A DNA stretch of 64,000 bases from a virus. Lineage: Duplodnaviria; Heunggongvirae; Uroviricota; Caudoviricetes; Crassvirales. The notes beneath the pieces are model-generated. The model did not search any database. It was given only the letters and a program-made list of their open reading frames with translations, and was not told the origin of the DNA. Position 1 is the first letter of the stretch, and every line of letters starts with the position of its first letter. The stretch covers positions 38,195-102,194 of the IMG/VR virus record IMGVR_UViG_3300040771_000130. One strand, given 5' to 3'. Of this stretch, positions 1 through 9,648 are shown one piece after another. Both the position numbers and the translations under genes were made by a program.

Positions 1-677
1 AAACCAGGGTTACCTTCTTTTACTAAATCATAGCTGCTGTAATTAGGATTAATAAATTTATCTTTATTTTTTAAATACAATTCATAAAAACTAATACATG
101 GTTGTTTCATCATTGAGTCAGCAGTAATGAAAGGTTTATTACTTTTAAGAATATCTATAATAGGTTTAGGTTCTAATAAATTAACATTAAAATAACATCT
201 AATCAATAATGTATAAACACTTACTAATGGTGTTGATTTAACCCAAAATTTAGAACATTTAATAATTAAAGTTTCTTCATCTAATTCTATAGAGGTTTTA
301 ATTTTAATACCTAAATCAAGTTCTATTCTATTTAAAAAATCTTGAAGATTTTTATAGTTTTCAATTAGTCTTTTTTGAAGTTCGTCAAATTTATCATAAT
401 TACTACCAGATTTTTTATGTAATGTTTTTACACCAAAATAAACTATATTTTTGTTATGAAAACAATTTAATAATTTATGGTCGTAACCATATATTTTACC
501 AATTTCTTTTTTAGTAGATTCTACATAAGCAAAATCATTTAAATAATCTCTACAAGCTGTAAATGGTAAAAAGGTTTCAAATTTACTACCTTTTTTATTT
601 AAGATAGTAAATCCTACACCAAAATCTCTACCTTCAGCAAGCGTAGATCTTTTTTGTAATTCTTTAATTTTTTTCAT
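1..677 (-). CDS. hypothetical protein (partial; N-terminal part, gene continues beyond window start)
   Basis: Open minus-strand frame from ATG at 677..675 (MKKIKELQKRSTLAEGRDFG...) running off window start. It lies 13 nt downstream of the upstream gene's stop at 690, consistent with the compact minus-strand array. No recognisable motif. Confidence 0.5.
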   Translation of the reverse strand, partial: MKKIKELQKRSTLAEGRDFGVGFTILNKKGSKFETFLPFTACRDYLNDFAYVESTKKEIGKIYGYDHKLLNCFHNKNIVYFGVKTLHKKSGSNYDKFDELQKRLIENYKNLQDFLNRIELDLGIKIKTSIELDEETLIIKCSKFWVKSTPLVSVYTLLIRCYFNVNLLEPKPIIDILKSNKPFITADSMMKQPCISFYELYLKNKDKFINPNYSSYDLVKEGNPG

Positions 678-689
678 ATATATTTATGA

Positions 690-1049
690 TTATTTCCACC
701 AAACTAATTTTACCCACCATTTATCTTGATAATCTCTTTCTTGCTTTAATAAATCTAAAGTTTTTTCCAACTCTTTCTTTCTATTAATAATTTCAATAAA
801 TTTATCACTATATAATAATACAGATTTAGCTACAATTTCTTTAATTTCATTTTCGTAACGACTGTATTCAATATCCATACATCTTCTCCAACTGTGATTT
901 TCAAAAATATAATTTTGAATTGTAACAGAAAAATTATTTAAAGTTCTTTCTATTTGTTGAATGTCTATTCTTAAATTAGATTTTTCACATTCTTTTTCAG
1001 TTTTATGAAATTTATTGTTTTTATCTAAAAATCCACATATTTTTTCCAT
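690..1049 (-). CDS. hypothetical protein
   Basis: 119-aa ORF in the tightly packed minus-strand array (2-nt gap to the helicase gene). Predicted coiled-coil; no motif recognised. Confidence 0.5.
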   Translation of the reverse strand: MEKICGFLDKNNKFHKTEKECEKSNLRIDIQQIERTLNNFSVTIQNYIFENHSWRRCMDIEYSRYENEIKEIVAKSVLLYSDKFIEIINRKKELEKTLDLLKQERDYQDKWWVKLVWWK

Positions 1050-1050
1050 T

Positions 1051-2136
1051 TTATATATATTTGTAATTTACTCTACTTGGATTAATAGATTTTAAACTTT
1101 TTATTAACCATTTCATTTGAAATTCTTCTGTACTACAAAATATGTGTACAACAGATTCTTTACCTTCTTCAAATAATAGACTTCTACCACATCTTTGCTC
1201 TAATGTTTCAGAGTTAGAGTTAATATCTGTAATTAATATAGTGTCTAGACCTTCATATGTCACTCCTGTTCCACCTTTTTTAATAAGACATAAACTATTA
1301 CTACGGTACTCCTGAAAGTCCTTTAAAACATCGTTATTTTTACTTTTAGAATTAAACATTGAAATACCATAATTCATTCCAACTTTTTCATCTGCTGTAA
1401 ACAATATGAAACGTTTATCTTTATTATCTTCAATCCATTGTTTAACAACTCTTATTAATGATTGACAACTGTTTATCATTTTCATTCTAAACAAAGCTGC
1501 TACCATTTTATCTTGACCAAAAGATTCATCTACTTTTTTAGACATTCTTTTACATTCTTTAAAATCTGTAGAATACCATTTTTTTAAACCACCAAACTGT
1601 ACAGATTTAGCATTGTCTAATTCAAATAAATGTACTTCTACTTTAAATTTATTTACAATACCGTCTTTAATTGCATCATCGGTACTATAATTTACAATTT
1701 GTTGTAAACCTGTAGTAAATTGTAAATTTGATAAAGTATCTTCACTATATGTACCAGACGCCAATATAACTTTATCGTTATTTTTAGTAATTTTAGCTAC
1801 AATTGGTAATATATTATCAGGTGGAATAGCATGTGCTTCATCAAATACTATAAAATCATATTTATTATCTTGAATTTTATGTAAAGATTTAAAATTACAA
1901 TATTCAATTTTAGGATAATAATCTAGTTTTTGGCATTCTTGAATCCAACTATGCATTATATCAACTTGTGGAGTACTTACTAATACATTAATATCTAAAT
2001 CATTATTAGACATTTCTCTAATTGCAGTAAGTAATTGTCTAGTTTTACCACTACGAACAGACGCTAATACAATTCCTCTAAATAATGCGTTTTTAATTTT
2101 GTCAATTATTACTCTTTGAATTTCATTCTTTGTCAT
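1051..2136 (-). CDS. superfamily-2 DEAD/DEAH-box helicase
   Basis: Walker A-like 'SVRSGKTRQ', DEAH box 'FDEAHAI', motif III 'ASGT' and motif VI 'QRCGRS' in canonical SF2 order. Confidence 0.7.
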   Translation of the reverse strand: MTKNEIQRVIIDKIKNALFRGIVLASVRSGKTRQLLTAIREMSNNDLDINVLVSTPQVDIMHSWIQECQKLDYYPKIEYCNFKSLHKIQDNKYDFIVFDEAHAIPPDNILPIVAKITKNNDKVILASGTYSEDTLSNLQFTTGLQQIVNYSTDDAIKDGIVNKFKVEVHLFELDNAKSVQFGGLKKWYSTDFKECKRMSKKVDESFGQDKMVAALFRMKMINSCQSLIRVVKQWIEDNKDKRFILFTADEKVGMNYGISMFNSKSKNNDVLKDFQEYRSNSLCLIKKGGTGVTYEGLDTILITDINSNSETLEQRCGRSLLFEEGKESVVHIFCSTEEFQMKWLIKSLKSINPSRVNYKYI

Positions 2137-2332
2137 TTAATTTTCTTTCTCTGTTTATAATATAAACATCCATTTCAGATTTAGTTCCTTTATATCCTGT
2201 AACAGGATGATAAAATGATTCTTCTTTTTCTTTATAATCTTCACGCCAATTTATATCATTATTTTCTGAATCTGTATTATCTTTACTAAAAGCTATCAAA
2301 AATACAAAAAATAATATAATTAGTATTTCCAT
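2123..2332 (-). CDS. small hypothetical protein with N-terminal hydrophobic anchor
   Basis: 69-aa ORF; N-terminus 'MEILIILFFVFLIAF' is signal/anchor-like. It overlaps the helicase start by 14 nt (translational coupling). Confidence 0.4.
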   Translation of the reverse strand: MEILIILFFVFLIAFSKDNTDSENNDINWREDYKEKEESFYHPVTGYKGTKSEMDVYIINRERKLNDKE

Positions 2333-2333
2333 T

Positions 2334-2801
2334 TCATTTAATAATTTTAATTAAAGCTTGTTTTAATGTATCACGATATTTATTTAAATCTTCTTTAGAT
2401 ATTTTACTACCTCTGTTTCCAGCAATATTTAATATTACAGAACTATCTTTAGTTAATTGTTTTAAATCATTAACATAATTAACAATTTTTTCAAAAGTAG
2501 GATTAATAATAAATGGGCAAAAGAATTCTGTAGAATATTTAATTAATAATTTTGAACCTAAAGAATTTGTATTTCCAAATAAAATACTACCTGAAGCAGA
2601 TTTTATGTTTTTTTTAGTTCTTTCAGGATAATTTACAGTTTCCATTTCAATTAATCCAAATTCTTTTAAACTAAAATCAGAGCCATTTTCTGTTTTATAA
2701 TCTTTTACAATATATCCACCAGTTTTAATTTCTAATTCTCTAGCAACTTCTAAAGCCGTTCTATCGATTCCAGTTTGACCTCCTGATATAATTTTTATCA
2801 T
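2334..2801 (-). CDS. SLOG-fold protein (YpsA/MoCo-carrier-like, 'GGQTGIDR' family)
   Basis: N-terminal 'IISGGQTGIDRTALEVA' matches the conserved GGQTG[VI]DRAAL signature of the circularly permuted YpsA/molybdenum-cofactor-carrier SLOG family; size (~155 aa) fits. Confidence 0.55.
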   Translation of the reverse strand: MIKIISGGQTGIDRTALEVARELEIKTGGYIVKDYKTENGSDFSLKEFGLIEMETVNYPERTKKNIKSASGSILFGNTNSLGSKLLIKYSTEFFCPFIINPTFEKIVNYVNDLKQLTKDSSVILNIAGNRGSKISKEDLNKYRDTLKQALIKIIK

Positions 2802-2823
2802 AATTTTACTTATTAAAATAAAG

Positions 2824-2891
2824 AGATGGTTTAAGGAATCGAACCTTAATTCTCAGCTAGGCTTGGCGTATTACCATTCAGACCAACCATC
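2824..2891 (-). tRNA. tRNA-like element (non-canonical; anticodon arm not foldable)
   Basis: Minus strand has a 7-bp acceptor stem GATGGTT/AACCATC and a perfect T-arm TAAGG-TTCGATT-CCTTA (GGTTCGATTCC motif). The D-region has the conserved AA..GG..AA loop but a mismatched stem. No 5-bp anticodon stem could be drawn; total ~67 nt. Confidence 0.45.
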
Positions 2892-3105
2892 TCTATTATT
2901 AAAAATACCTTACAGTTTCACTATAAAATTTGTGGTCACTAATCCACATTATACGTTTAAATTAAGGTTTAATTCTGTTACCAGAATACAGCACATGTAT
3001 TACCTTAGCCGACAAGTGTTTTTAACTTATTTTACTTTGAGTCTCTCAAGCATTCTGAGGTATTTTAATTTGTGCTACTACAATGCTTTTTTCACACTTT
3101 GTTAA

Positions 3106-3276
3106 TTAATCTTTATAATCTTCAGGATATAATTCACTCATTTCATCGTGAGCATAATCAAAACCTTCCCAATTATCAACTCCTGCATTTTCTAAACAAA
3201 TTAACCAACTTAATTTCTTTATCATTGAGATATATTCTGATTTTTTGATAGTAATAGTTTCTTCCATTATTGACAT
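3106..3276 (-). CDS. small hypothetical protein (56 aa)
   Basis: Continuous minus-strand frame MSIMEETITIKKSEYISMIKKLSWLICLENAGVDNWEGFDYAHDEMSELYPEDYKD. It overlaps the nrdA stop by 10 nt and is below the ORF-track size cutoff. Confidence 0.25.
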   Translation of the reverse strand: MSIMEETITIKKSEYISMIKKLSWLICLENAGVDNWEGFDYAHDEMSELYPEDYKD

Positions 3277-4889
3277 GTGTTACACTCATTAATTTCCCTT
3301 GCAAACGATTGTGCTGCATTTTGACTAAACTGATAATAAAGTGTTTTAACACCTTCTTGCCAAGCATAAATATATAATTTATTAATTTCCTTAGTTTCTA
3401 CAGAAGGATGTATTGTTAAATTTACACTTTGAGATTGGTCAATAAATTGTTGTCTTTGAGCTGCTTGTAATACAATTTCTTTTGGTGAAATTTCAATAAA
3501 TGATTTAAAAACTTCTTTAGTTGGGAAATCTAGATGTTGAACAGAACCATCATTTTTAAGAATAGATTCCCATATAGAAGGTGTATCTAATTCGTATTTT
3601 TGAAGTTCCGCAATCAATGCTGGGTTTTTATAAACAGTTTTAATTTTAGCTAAATCTTTAATAAAATAATTAGATTTAATTGGTTCAATTCCCATTGAAA
3701 CTTGACCTAAAATAAAACTACTAGATTTTGTAGGTGCAATTGCTAACAATGTAGTATTTGCAAAACCTTCACGTAAAGATGTAATACCTAAATAATCGTG
3801 ACACCATTTAGAAGCATTATCACTTCTTTCGTTTAAAGTTTTAAATATTTTGTAATTAGCTTGCTTAGCTTCTAAACTTTCAAACTCAATAAGTTTTGAC
3901 TGTAAATAACTATGATAACCTAATACACCTAAACCAATAGCTCTATGATCTTTAGCAAATCTCCAAGCACGTTTCATTCCTGGTAATGTTTCAGATTTAG
4001 TAACAAAATCTGTCATTACAGCATTTAAAAATGTAACATATGTTTCAATAGCATCAGTTTTTTCAATTTCATCCCAATAAAGTAAATTAATTGAACCTAA
4101 ACAACATACAAATGAATTATATGTATCGTTAGGTAATGCTATTTCAGAACATAAATTACTATGTGTAATTTCTAATCCTAATTTGTTATACGGACTGTTT
4201 CTATTTACAGTATCTTTAAACATTAAATACGGAAATCCAAATTCACTTCTTCTTTGAATAACTTTTGCCCAAGTAACTCTTTTTTGAGAATTACCAGCAA
4301 TCATTTCTTCCATGAATTTATCAGTAATAGTTACACCATACTGTAAATTTTGAATAGGATTACCTTCAACACCAATGTCTAAAAATTCATTAATATCTGG
4401 ATGTTCAATAGGTAAATAAACGGCACAAGAACCTCTACGAGTTTCTGATTGTTTAAATACATCAACAATACTATCATAAATTTTAGCATAATGAACAGGT
4501 CCATCAGCATAACCACCAATAGATATTTTACTACCTCTTGGTCTAATATTTCCTAAATAGGCAGATGTTCCACCACCATATTTAGACATCATTCCGATTT
4601 CTCTACCTGCATTTAAAATACTATCTGAAGAATCATCTATGTTTGTTCCAAAACACGAAATAGCTAAACCTTTTTCTTTACCAAAATTAACCCATACTGG
4701 TGTTGATAATGAATAATAACCTTTTTTCATGTAAGATTCAAACTTAAAAGCAAAATCTTTAATTCCTAGTATTTTTTCCGCATGATTTGCAATTTCTTTT
4801 ATCCTTTGCTCAGGACTAACTCCTTCATTTAAATAACCTCTAGATAAGAATGTTCTAGAGTCATTGTTCAACCATTTGTAATCACTCAT
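3267..4889 (-). CDS. nrdA: ribonucleotide reductase class I large (alpha) subunit, short form without ATP-cone
   Basis: Active-site 'SNLCSEI' (NxCxE) motif, glycine-rich 'KYGGGTS', C-terminal Tyr-Tyr 'LYYQF' radical-transfer pair and terminal 'CNTCQ' Cys pair. ATGA-coupled to the beta-subunit gene. At 540 aa it lacks the N-terminal allosteric cone. Confidence 0.8.
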   Translation of the reverse strand: MSDYKWLNNDSRTFLSRGYLNEGVSPEQRIKEIANHAEKILGIKDFAFKFESYMKKGYYSLSTPVWVNFGKEKGLAISCFGTNIDDSSDSILNAGREIGMMSKYGGGTSAYLGNIRPRGSKISIGGYADGPVHYAKIYDSIVDVFKQSETRRGSCAVYLPIEHPDINEFLDIGVEGNPIQNLQYGVTITDKFMEEMIAGNSQKRVTWAKVIQRRSEFGFPYLMFKDTVNRNSPYNKLGLEITHSNLCSEIALPNDTYNSFVCCLGSINLLYWDEIEKTDAIETYVTFLNAVMTDFVTKSETLPGMKRAWRFAKDHRAIGLGVLGYHSYLQSKLIEFESLEAKQANYKIFKTLNERSDNASKWCHDYLGITSLREGFANTTLLAIAPTKSSSFILGQVSMGIEPIKSNYFIKDLAKIKTVYKNPALIAELQKYELDTPSIWESILKNDGSVQHLDFPTKEVFKSFIEISPKEIVLQAAQRQQFIDQSQSVNLTIHPSVETKEINKLYIYAWQEGVKTLYYQFSQNAAQSFAREINECNTCQ

Positions 4890-5863
4890 TAAAATAAATC
4901 GTTTTCTGTTATACTTTTGCTTTTTTTGTTGTAATCAATAGATTTTTTATAGAAAAAATCACCTTCTTTTGTAGAACTTATTTCAATATCAAACCATAAA
5001 GTTGGTTCAAGTAGTTCTATATTAATTTCAAAAGCGTTTTTCAAATCTATTTTATTTAAAGAATTATTAAATCTATTTTTAATAAATTCTTTAATTTGAT
5101 TTTTTGATAAGAATGGTAATTCACCTTTCTCAAATATCCAATCTAATATGTCACATTCTGCAGCGTAAGCTTTATGACATGCTGAATATATTAAATCTTC
5201 AAATTCTTTATCAAACCATTCAGGAAACTCATGTTTAATAATATTAATTATCTCAACACCAAAATTACCATGACAATCTTCTTCTTTACTTGTAGATTCT
5301 ACAACATTTGAAATACCTTTAAATAAATTTTTGTCTTTATTAAAAGACATCATTATTAAAAATTGACTAAATAGTGATACATGTTCTATAAATAATGAAA
5401 ATAGTAATACACTTTTTGTATACATTTTATTATCTACACTTCTAGAACCGTTTAAATACTTTTCTAAATATTTAATTCTATTTTGTATTGCGGGTACTTC
5501 AATAATATGTTTAAAATCTTCTTCAAGATTAAGTATTGTTAGTAATTTAGCATAAGCTTCTGAATGTCTACATTCACTTTCAGCAAAAGTCATTCCAACA
5601 TCAGCAATTTCTGAAATAGGCATTCGTTTATACATATCTGCCCAAAACGTTTTAACACTTACTTCAATTTGAGCAATAGCAAGCATTGTTTTTTTGATAA
5701 TATCTTTTTCTACATCAGTTGTTTTTGTGTAGAAATCTGAAATATCTGTTGTAAAATTATATTCTGAAGCTAGCCAATACGAATGTCTAATTGCATCACG
5801 ATATTTAATTAGTTCAGGGTATTCATACGGTATTAAATTTATTCTTTTATCGAATATACTCAT
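4889..5863 (-). CDS. nrdB: ribonucleotide reductase class I small (beta) subunit
   Basis: Di-iron ligand helices 'AESECRHSEAY' (ExxH) and 'FSLFIEHVSLFSQF' (ExxH) typical of R2/NrdB-NrdF; lies immediately upstream of nrdA. Confidence 0.8.
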   Translation of the reverse strand: MSIFDKRINLIPYEYPELIKYRDAIRHSYWLASEYNFTTDISDFYTKTTDVEKDIIKKTMLAIAQIEVSVKTFWADMYKRMPISEIADVGMTFAESECRHSEAYAKLLTILNLEEDFKHIIEVPAIQNRIKYLEKYLNGSRSVDNKMYTKSVLLFSLFIEHVSLFSQFLIMMSFNKDKNLFKGISNVVESTSKEEDCHGNFGVEIINIIKHEFPEWFDKEFEDLIYSACHKAYAAECDILDWIFEKGELPFLSKNQIKEFIKNRFNNSLNKIDLKNAFEINIELLEPTLWFDIEISSTKEGDFFYKKSIDYNKKSKSITENDLF

Positions 5864-5883
5864 TTATTGTTTTGATTTATTAT

Positions 5884-6450
5884 TTATCTCCATACTGTCC
5901 CTCTAACTTCTGTTAGTATTAGTACTTCATTATGAGGATCTACATAAGTTCCTAATTCTTGGTTATCTGGTATAATAACTCCTAATTCTTTTTGTAAACT
6001 CTCTTTTAATTTTTGATCTTTGTATAATATTTGTTTTACTTTTAATAGAAAGTTCACACCTGCTGGATTTCCAGAATATACTTCTGCCCAAAATCTTAAT
6101 ATTAATTTTTTAGCATCATCTCCAAATTTGGAATATTGACTACTAAGCAAATAATTATATTCATTAAGATATTCTTCAGGAAATTTAAATACATAAACAG
6201 CTTTATCATTTATATCTATACATTTTACAAACAATTCATTATTTGTAAGTTTATGTTCATATTTAGTAAATTCAGGATTTTTAAAATCAAATTTATGTAA
6301 TATAAATATACAGTTTTCATACTCATTGTTTTCATCAAACAAGTAAGTATTTAATAGATTTGGTAAAAATTTTATGTTTAAATCTAGTATTTCTGACATT
6401 AGCGGTAATAAATACGATTTTGATTTATTGTAGTGAGGTTTATTTATCAT
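5884..6450 (-). CDS. hypothetical protein (start uncertain)
   Basis: 200-aa ORF in the track (5884..6486). The first Met would overlap the upstream endonuclease gene by 47 nt; internal Met at 6450 ('MINKPHY') or ~6399 is more plausible. No motif. Confidence 0.4.
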   Translation of the reverse strand: MINKPHYNKSKSYLLPLMSEILDLNIKFLPNLLNTYLFDENNEYENCIFILHKFDFKNPEFTKYEHKLTNNELFVKCIDINDKAVYVFKFPEEYLNEYNYLLSSQYSKFGDDAKKLILRFWAEVYSGNPAGVNFLLKVKQILYKDQKLKESLQKELGVIIPDNQELGTYVDPHNEVLILTEVRGTVWR

Positions 6451-7159
6451 AATAAAGTTTAAAATTAGATTTATTCTTAACCTCATTTCGTAACCAACTC
6501 CCTAAAGTTTGATATTTAATACTAAATATTTCAGAAACTTCTTTAATAGAATTGTAAATAATTCCACTTTTTGTATCAATTACTTTTTTTTGTAATTTAT
6601 AATTAGGAATTCCTAATTTAGCAATTCTCATTTTTTTTATTGCTTCTTGAGATTTTGGTTTATTGACATTACCTTTACTAATATTATTTCTCCATTCTTC
6701 TGAAATTTTTCTACCTTTTCTAGAATTTGACATTTTTTTACGAGTTTCTTCTGAAGCAACTTTACCTATGTTTTTAAAACCCATAGACTGACGAACTTTT
6801 TCTGAGTGAACTCTACCTGTATTTGCCAAACTTATTTTATTTTTAGTTTCTTGAGATAATTCTCCAGAACTATATGTAGATTGTACTAATGTACAATTCA
6901 AACCATCAGTTACAACATTATAAAAATCTTGATAATATCTTTCTTTATCGTTTAATAATAAAGTATCACATTCTTCTAATATTTCAAATTTGTGATTTTC
7001 TATTCCATATTTATTAAAAGATCGATTTAATTTTATTTGTAATTTACTTTTTTTTATATTTTTATATTCTTTGAATCGTCTAGTAATATCTACAGCTTGT
7101 CCTATATAAATTCGTCCAGGCGGACTTTCTATTTTGTATATACCTGTAATTTTACTCAT
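6440..7159 (-). CDS. GIY-YIG homing endonuclease with NUMOD3 DNA-binding repeats
   Basis: N-terminal 'GIYKIESPPGRIYIGQAVDITRRFKEYKN' is a textbook GIY-(10)-YIG...R...E module. It is followed by three NUMOD3-like repeats ('ETKNKISLANTG', 'EETRKKMSNSRKG', 'EEWRNNISKGN'). Free-standing, beside nrd genes as in T4-like phages. Confidence 0.8.
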   Translation of the reverse strand: MSKITGIYKIESPPGRIYIGQAVDITRRFKEYKNIKKSKLQIKLNRSFNKYGIENHKFEILEECDTLLLNDKERYYQDFYNVVTDGLNCTLVQSTYSSGELSQETKNKISLANTGRVHSEKVRQSMGFKNIGKVASEETRKKMSNSRKGRKISEEWRNNISKGNVNKPKSQEAIKKMRIAKLGIPNYKLQKKVIDTKSGIIYNSIKEVSEIFSIKYQTLGSWLRNEVKNKSNFKLYYDK

Positions 7160-7163
7160 TAAC

Positions 7164-8198
7164 TTAATTAACTTCTATAAAGTCATCATTTAACATTAAA
7201 CTTCCGTTATTTTCATAAACTTCTTGACTAAAATCATAAAGTTTATTTTTCCAGTGGTAATAAATTAAGTCTAAATTTTCATTTAAACCTGTATATTTAT
7301 AACCAGCTTTTGTTGTAAAACCATTAATTGCAGCATTATGCCATTTATCACTTATTTCAAATACGTGAGGAACTTTTTCACCTCTACCTATAAAAATAAA
7401 TTTAAACGGTGCTAATGCATAATCTTGTAATCCTAATTGTTTACAAATAGTATCGAATGCTCTTGTATAAACAGATTCTTGAAAATAGTAACAGTATTTA
7501 ATAAAACTTTTTGAAAAATCTTCAGCTTTAGAAGAACCTGTTTTAATATCTTCCATGTAAACAATCTTACTTTTGTGGTCAATTGACATTTTATCAATTA
7601 TTCCACGTAAAGTAAATCCTTTATAATTATATTCAAACTTAAATTGATAGTGGTTCTCAAAGTCATTATTAAACAAATGATGAGTGTGTTTATGATTCAG
7701 TAATAAATTCACACATTCTTTAGCATCATCGTTTTCTTTTTGAGTTACTACAATTTTATCTTTTGTTTGAATTTTAATATTAACATAATTCCAAAACTCG
7801 TCTTTATCAAAGTTAGCAATTAATTTATCTTCAACTTTAACATTACTCCAAAATCCATTATGTCTTACAATTTTTAATACTGTATTTTTATCAGGTACTG
7901 TGTCATAATTATCTATAATAATATCACACAACGTACCTAATGTTGCAGTTGGTTTATTATCATCGTAAACAACATATAATGATTTACATATATTATTACC
8001 TGTTACAGTATCTAATAATAAGTCATCTACTAATGAACCAAATTTTAGACCATCACTTTCTGGATTTGATGGTCTAATTAAAGCTTTTGGTCCATTTCTA
8101 TCAAAATCACTTATTCGTGAATATGATAATTTTAAATCTATAATTTCTTCATTATTTAGCAATTGATCTAACTTGCTCTCTTTCGTTTTCTCCTTCAT
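7164..8198 (-). CDS. putative PD-(D/E)XK-family nuclease
   Basis: C-terminal half contains 'GIIDKMSID...IVYMEDIKTG' resembling the D...(D/E)xK catalytic core of RecB/Cas4-like nucleases. Weak; no Cys cluster. Confidence 0.35.
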   Translation of the reverse strand: MKEKTKESKLDQLLNNEEIIDLKLSYSRISDFDRNGPKALIRPSNPESDGLKFGSLVDDLLLDTVTGNNICKSLYVVYDDNKPTATLGTLCDIIIDNYDTVPDKNTVLKIVRHNGFWSNVKVEDKLIANFDKDEFWNYVNIKIQTKDKIVVTQKENDDAKECVNLLLNHKHTHHLFNNDFENHYQFKFEYNYKGFTLRGIIDKMSIDHKSKIVYMEDIKTGSSKAEDFSKSFIKYCYYFQESVYTRAFDTICKQLGLQDYALAPFKFIFIGRGEKVPHVFEISDKWHNAAINGFTTKAGYKYTGLNENLDLIYYHWKNKLYDFSQEVYENNGSLMLNDDFIEVN

Positions 8199-8442
8199 TT
8201 ATAATTGTTAGCTCTATTACTAAATCAATTAGTTTGTTAGAATGTTTCAGTTGTAATTTTAAATCTTCATTATCTTCATCAAAGGCTAATGTCCATTCTA
8301 CATTTTCAATAACTTTATCTAAATATAATCTAGCTGAAGTATAATCTTCTAAAATTAAATACATTTGTAATTTAATACATTCTTTGTCGCTTAATGCAAA
8401 ACGGCATGACTCACTAATTTTTTGTAATAGGTTTTTTTTCAT
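8152..8442 (-). CDS. hypothetical protein
   Basis: 96-aa ORF, acidic/coiled-coil, in the minus-strand array. Confidence 0.45.
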   Translation of the reverse strand: MKKNLLQKISESCRFALSDKECIKLQMYLILEDYTSARLYLDKVIENVEWTLAFDEDNEDLKLQLKHSNKLIDLVIELTIINEGENEREQVRSIAK

Positions 8443-8451
8443 TTTATTAAA

Positions 8452-8892
8452 TTAAGTTATTTTTATCCATACTCCTGGATTTTCTTTATCTACACTATAA
8501 AACTTATTGTCTATTTTTAAAGCAAAAGGTATAACACAATCCATATTGTCATCAACAATAATATCGTGTGCTGTTAATAAATCTAAACTTACTTGAACAA
8601 TATTGTGAAAATCAAATTTCCTTTTACTATCTCTTACAAAATGAAATCCTATTTCTAGTGGTAATTTTTTACCTTTAATTTGTTTAGCAAAATCTTCTCT
8701 TAATTGCTCAATTAAATTAGGTTTATTTACATAACTTTTAACTAATTTTTTACCTGATGAATACGTTTGTATTCCTAAATTGTTTAAATATGCTTTTGTT
8801 GTTTTACTTGCAAAACTTCCTTTACTTGTATTTATACGTGAATTTTTTGAACTCGGTACGTTATAAGGGATAAAAATAAGATTGTCATTCAT
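8452..8892 (-). CDS. hypothetical protein
   Basis: 146-aa ORF. Upstream region has a TATATTTG (TAnnTTTG, Bacteroidetes -7-like) box ~23 nt before the ATG. Confidence 0.5.
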   Translation of the reverse strand: MNDNLIFIPYNVPSSKNSRINTSKGSFASKTTKAYLNNLGIQTYSSGKKLVKSYVNKPNLIEQLREDFAKQIKGKKLPLEIGFHFVRDSKRKFDFHNIVQVSLDLLTAHDIIVDDNMDCVIPFALKIDNKFYSVDKENPGVWIKIT

Positions 8893-8970
8893 AATTATGT
8901 ATATTTGTTAATTGCAAATATAATAAAAATAAATGACAAATCCTATTAAAACAATATTTATTTTATATAA

Positions 8971-9648
8971 TTACCATAAATTATAGTTTTTTATAATTAA
9001 CGTGTCATAAAGATATTCATTACAATCAAGAAAGATATCAGAGTTATTACTTAGTTTAGCATCTGTATTTACAATAATTTTATTATTATCTTTATCAATA
9101 TATTTACATAAATCTAAATGGTCATCTGTTAAAAATAAATAAACAATATTTTTTTTATTATTAATTTCTTTAATAACACATCTAATAAAGTTTTTCCAAA
9201 CATCAGTATAATCTTTATTTTCTTCAACACACATTGACACATTTAAAAATAAGAACCCGTTTTCAGAATAATCATATAAAGAATTATCAAAATCTGATAA
9301 TTTCATTTGATTACCGTAAACACTACTTAAAATACAATCTCTAAATTCTCTTAATTCTATAGGTATGTCAGAGTTTAAGGTGGAGGTTGTTAAAATACCT
9401 CTACCTACACCTGACGATCTTAAATCTTTTACAGGCTTATTGTCAATTATTACAACTTGTAAGTCATCGTAACTACAATCTTTAAAAGGTTGAAACAATC
9501 TTTGTTGTTTTGGATATACTGATTTACCTGATAAATAAACTTGATTTATAAAATTTTCAAGATGTGTAAAATATTCACTTTCATAAAAATCGTAAAGAAT
9601 AGTCGCCCAGTCTAAACCTAATTCTTTTTCTATTTTAAATACACTCAT
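8971..9648 (-). CDS. hypothetical protein
   Basis: 225-aa ORF overlapping the downstream end of the amidoligase gene by 14 nt (coupled). Confidence 0.5.
   Translation of the reverse strand: MSVFKIEKELGLDWATILYDFYESEYFTHLENFINQVYLSGKSVYPKQQRLFQPFKDCSYDDLQVVIIDNKPVKDLRSSGVGRGILTTSTLNSDIPIELREFRDCILSSVYGNQMKLSDFDNSLYDYSENGFLFLNVSMCVEENKDYTDVWKNFIRCVIKEINNKKNIVYLFLTDDHLDLCKYIDKDNNKIIVNTDAKLSNNSDIFLDCNEYLYDTLIIKNYNLW

Noticed and set aside
2863-3105. Plus-strand 80-aa ORF
   Set aside because: Antisense to the tRNA-like element and to the minus-strand gene array; low-complexity hydrophobic translation typical of AT-rich antisense frames.
3176-3367. Minus-strand 63-aa ORF overlapping nrdA 3' end
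   Set aside because: Alternative frame inside the nrdA C-terminus; the real small gene here is in another frame (3106..3276).
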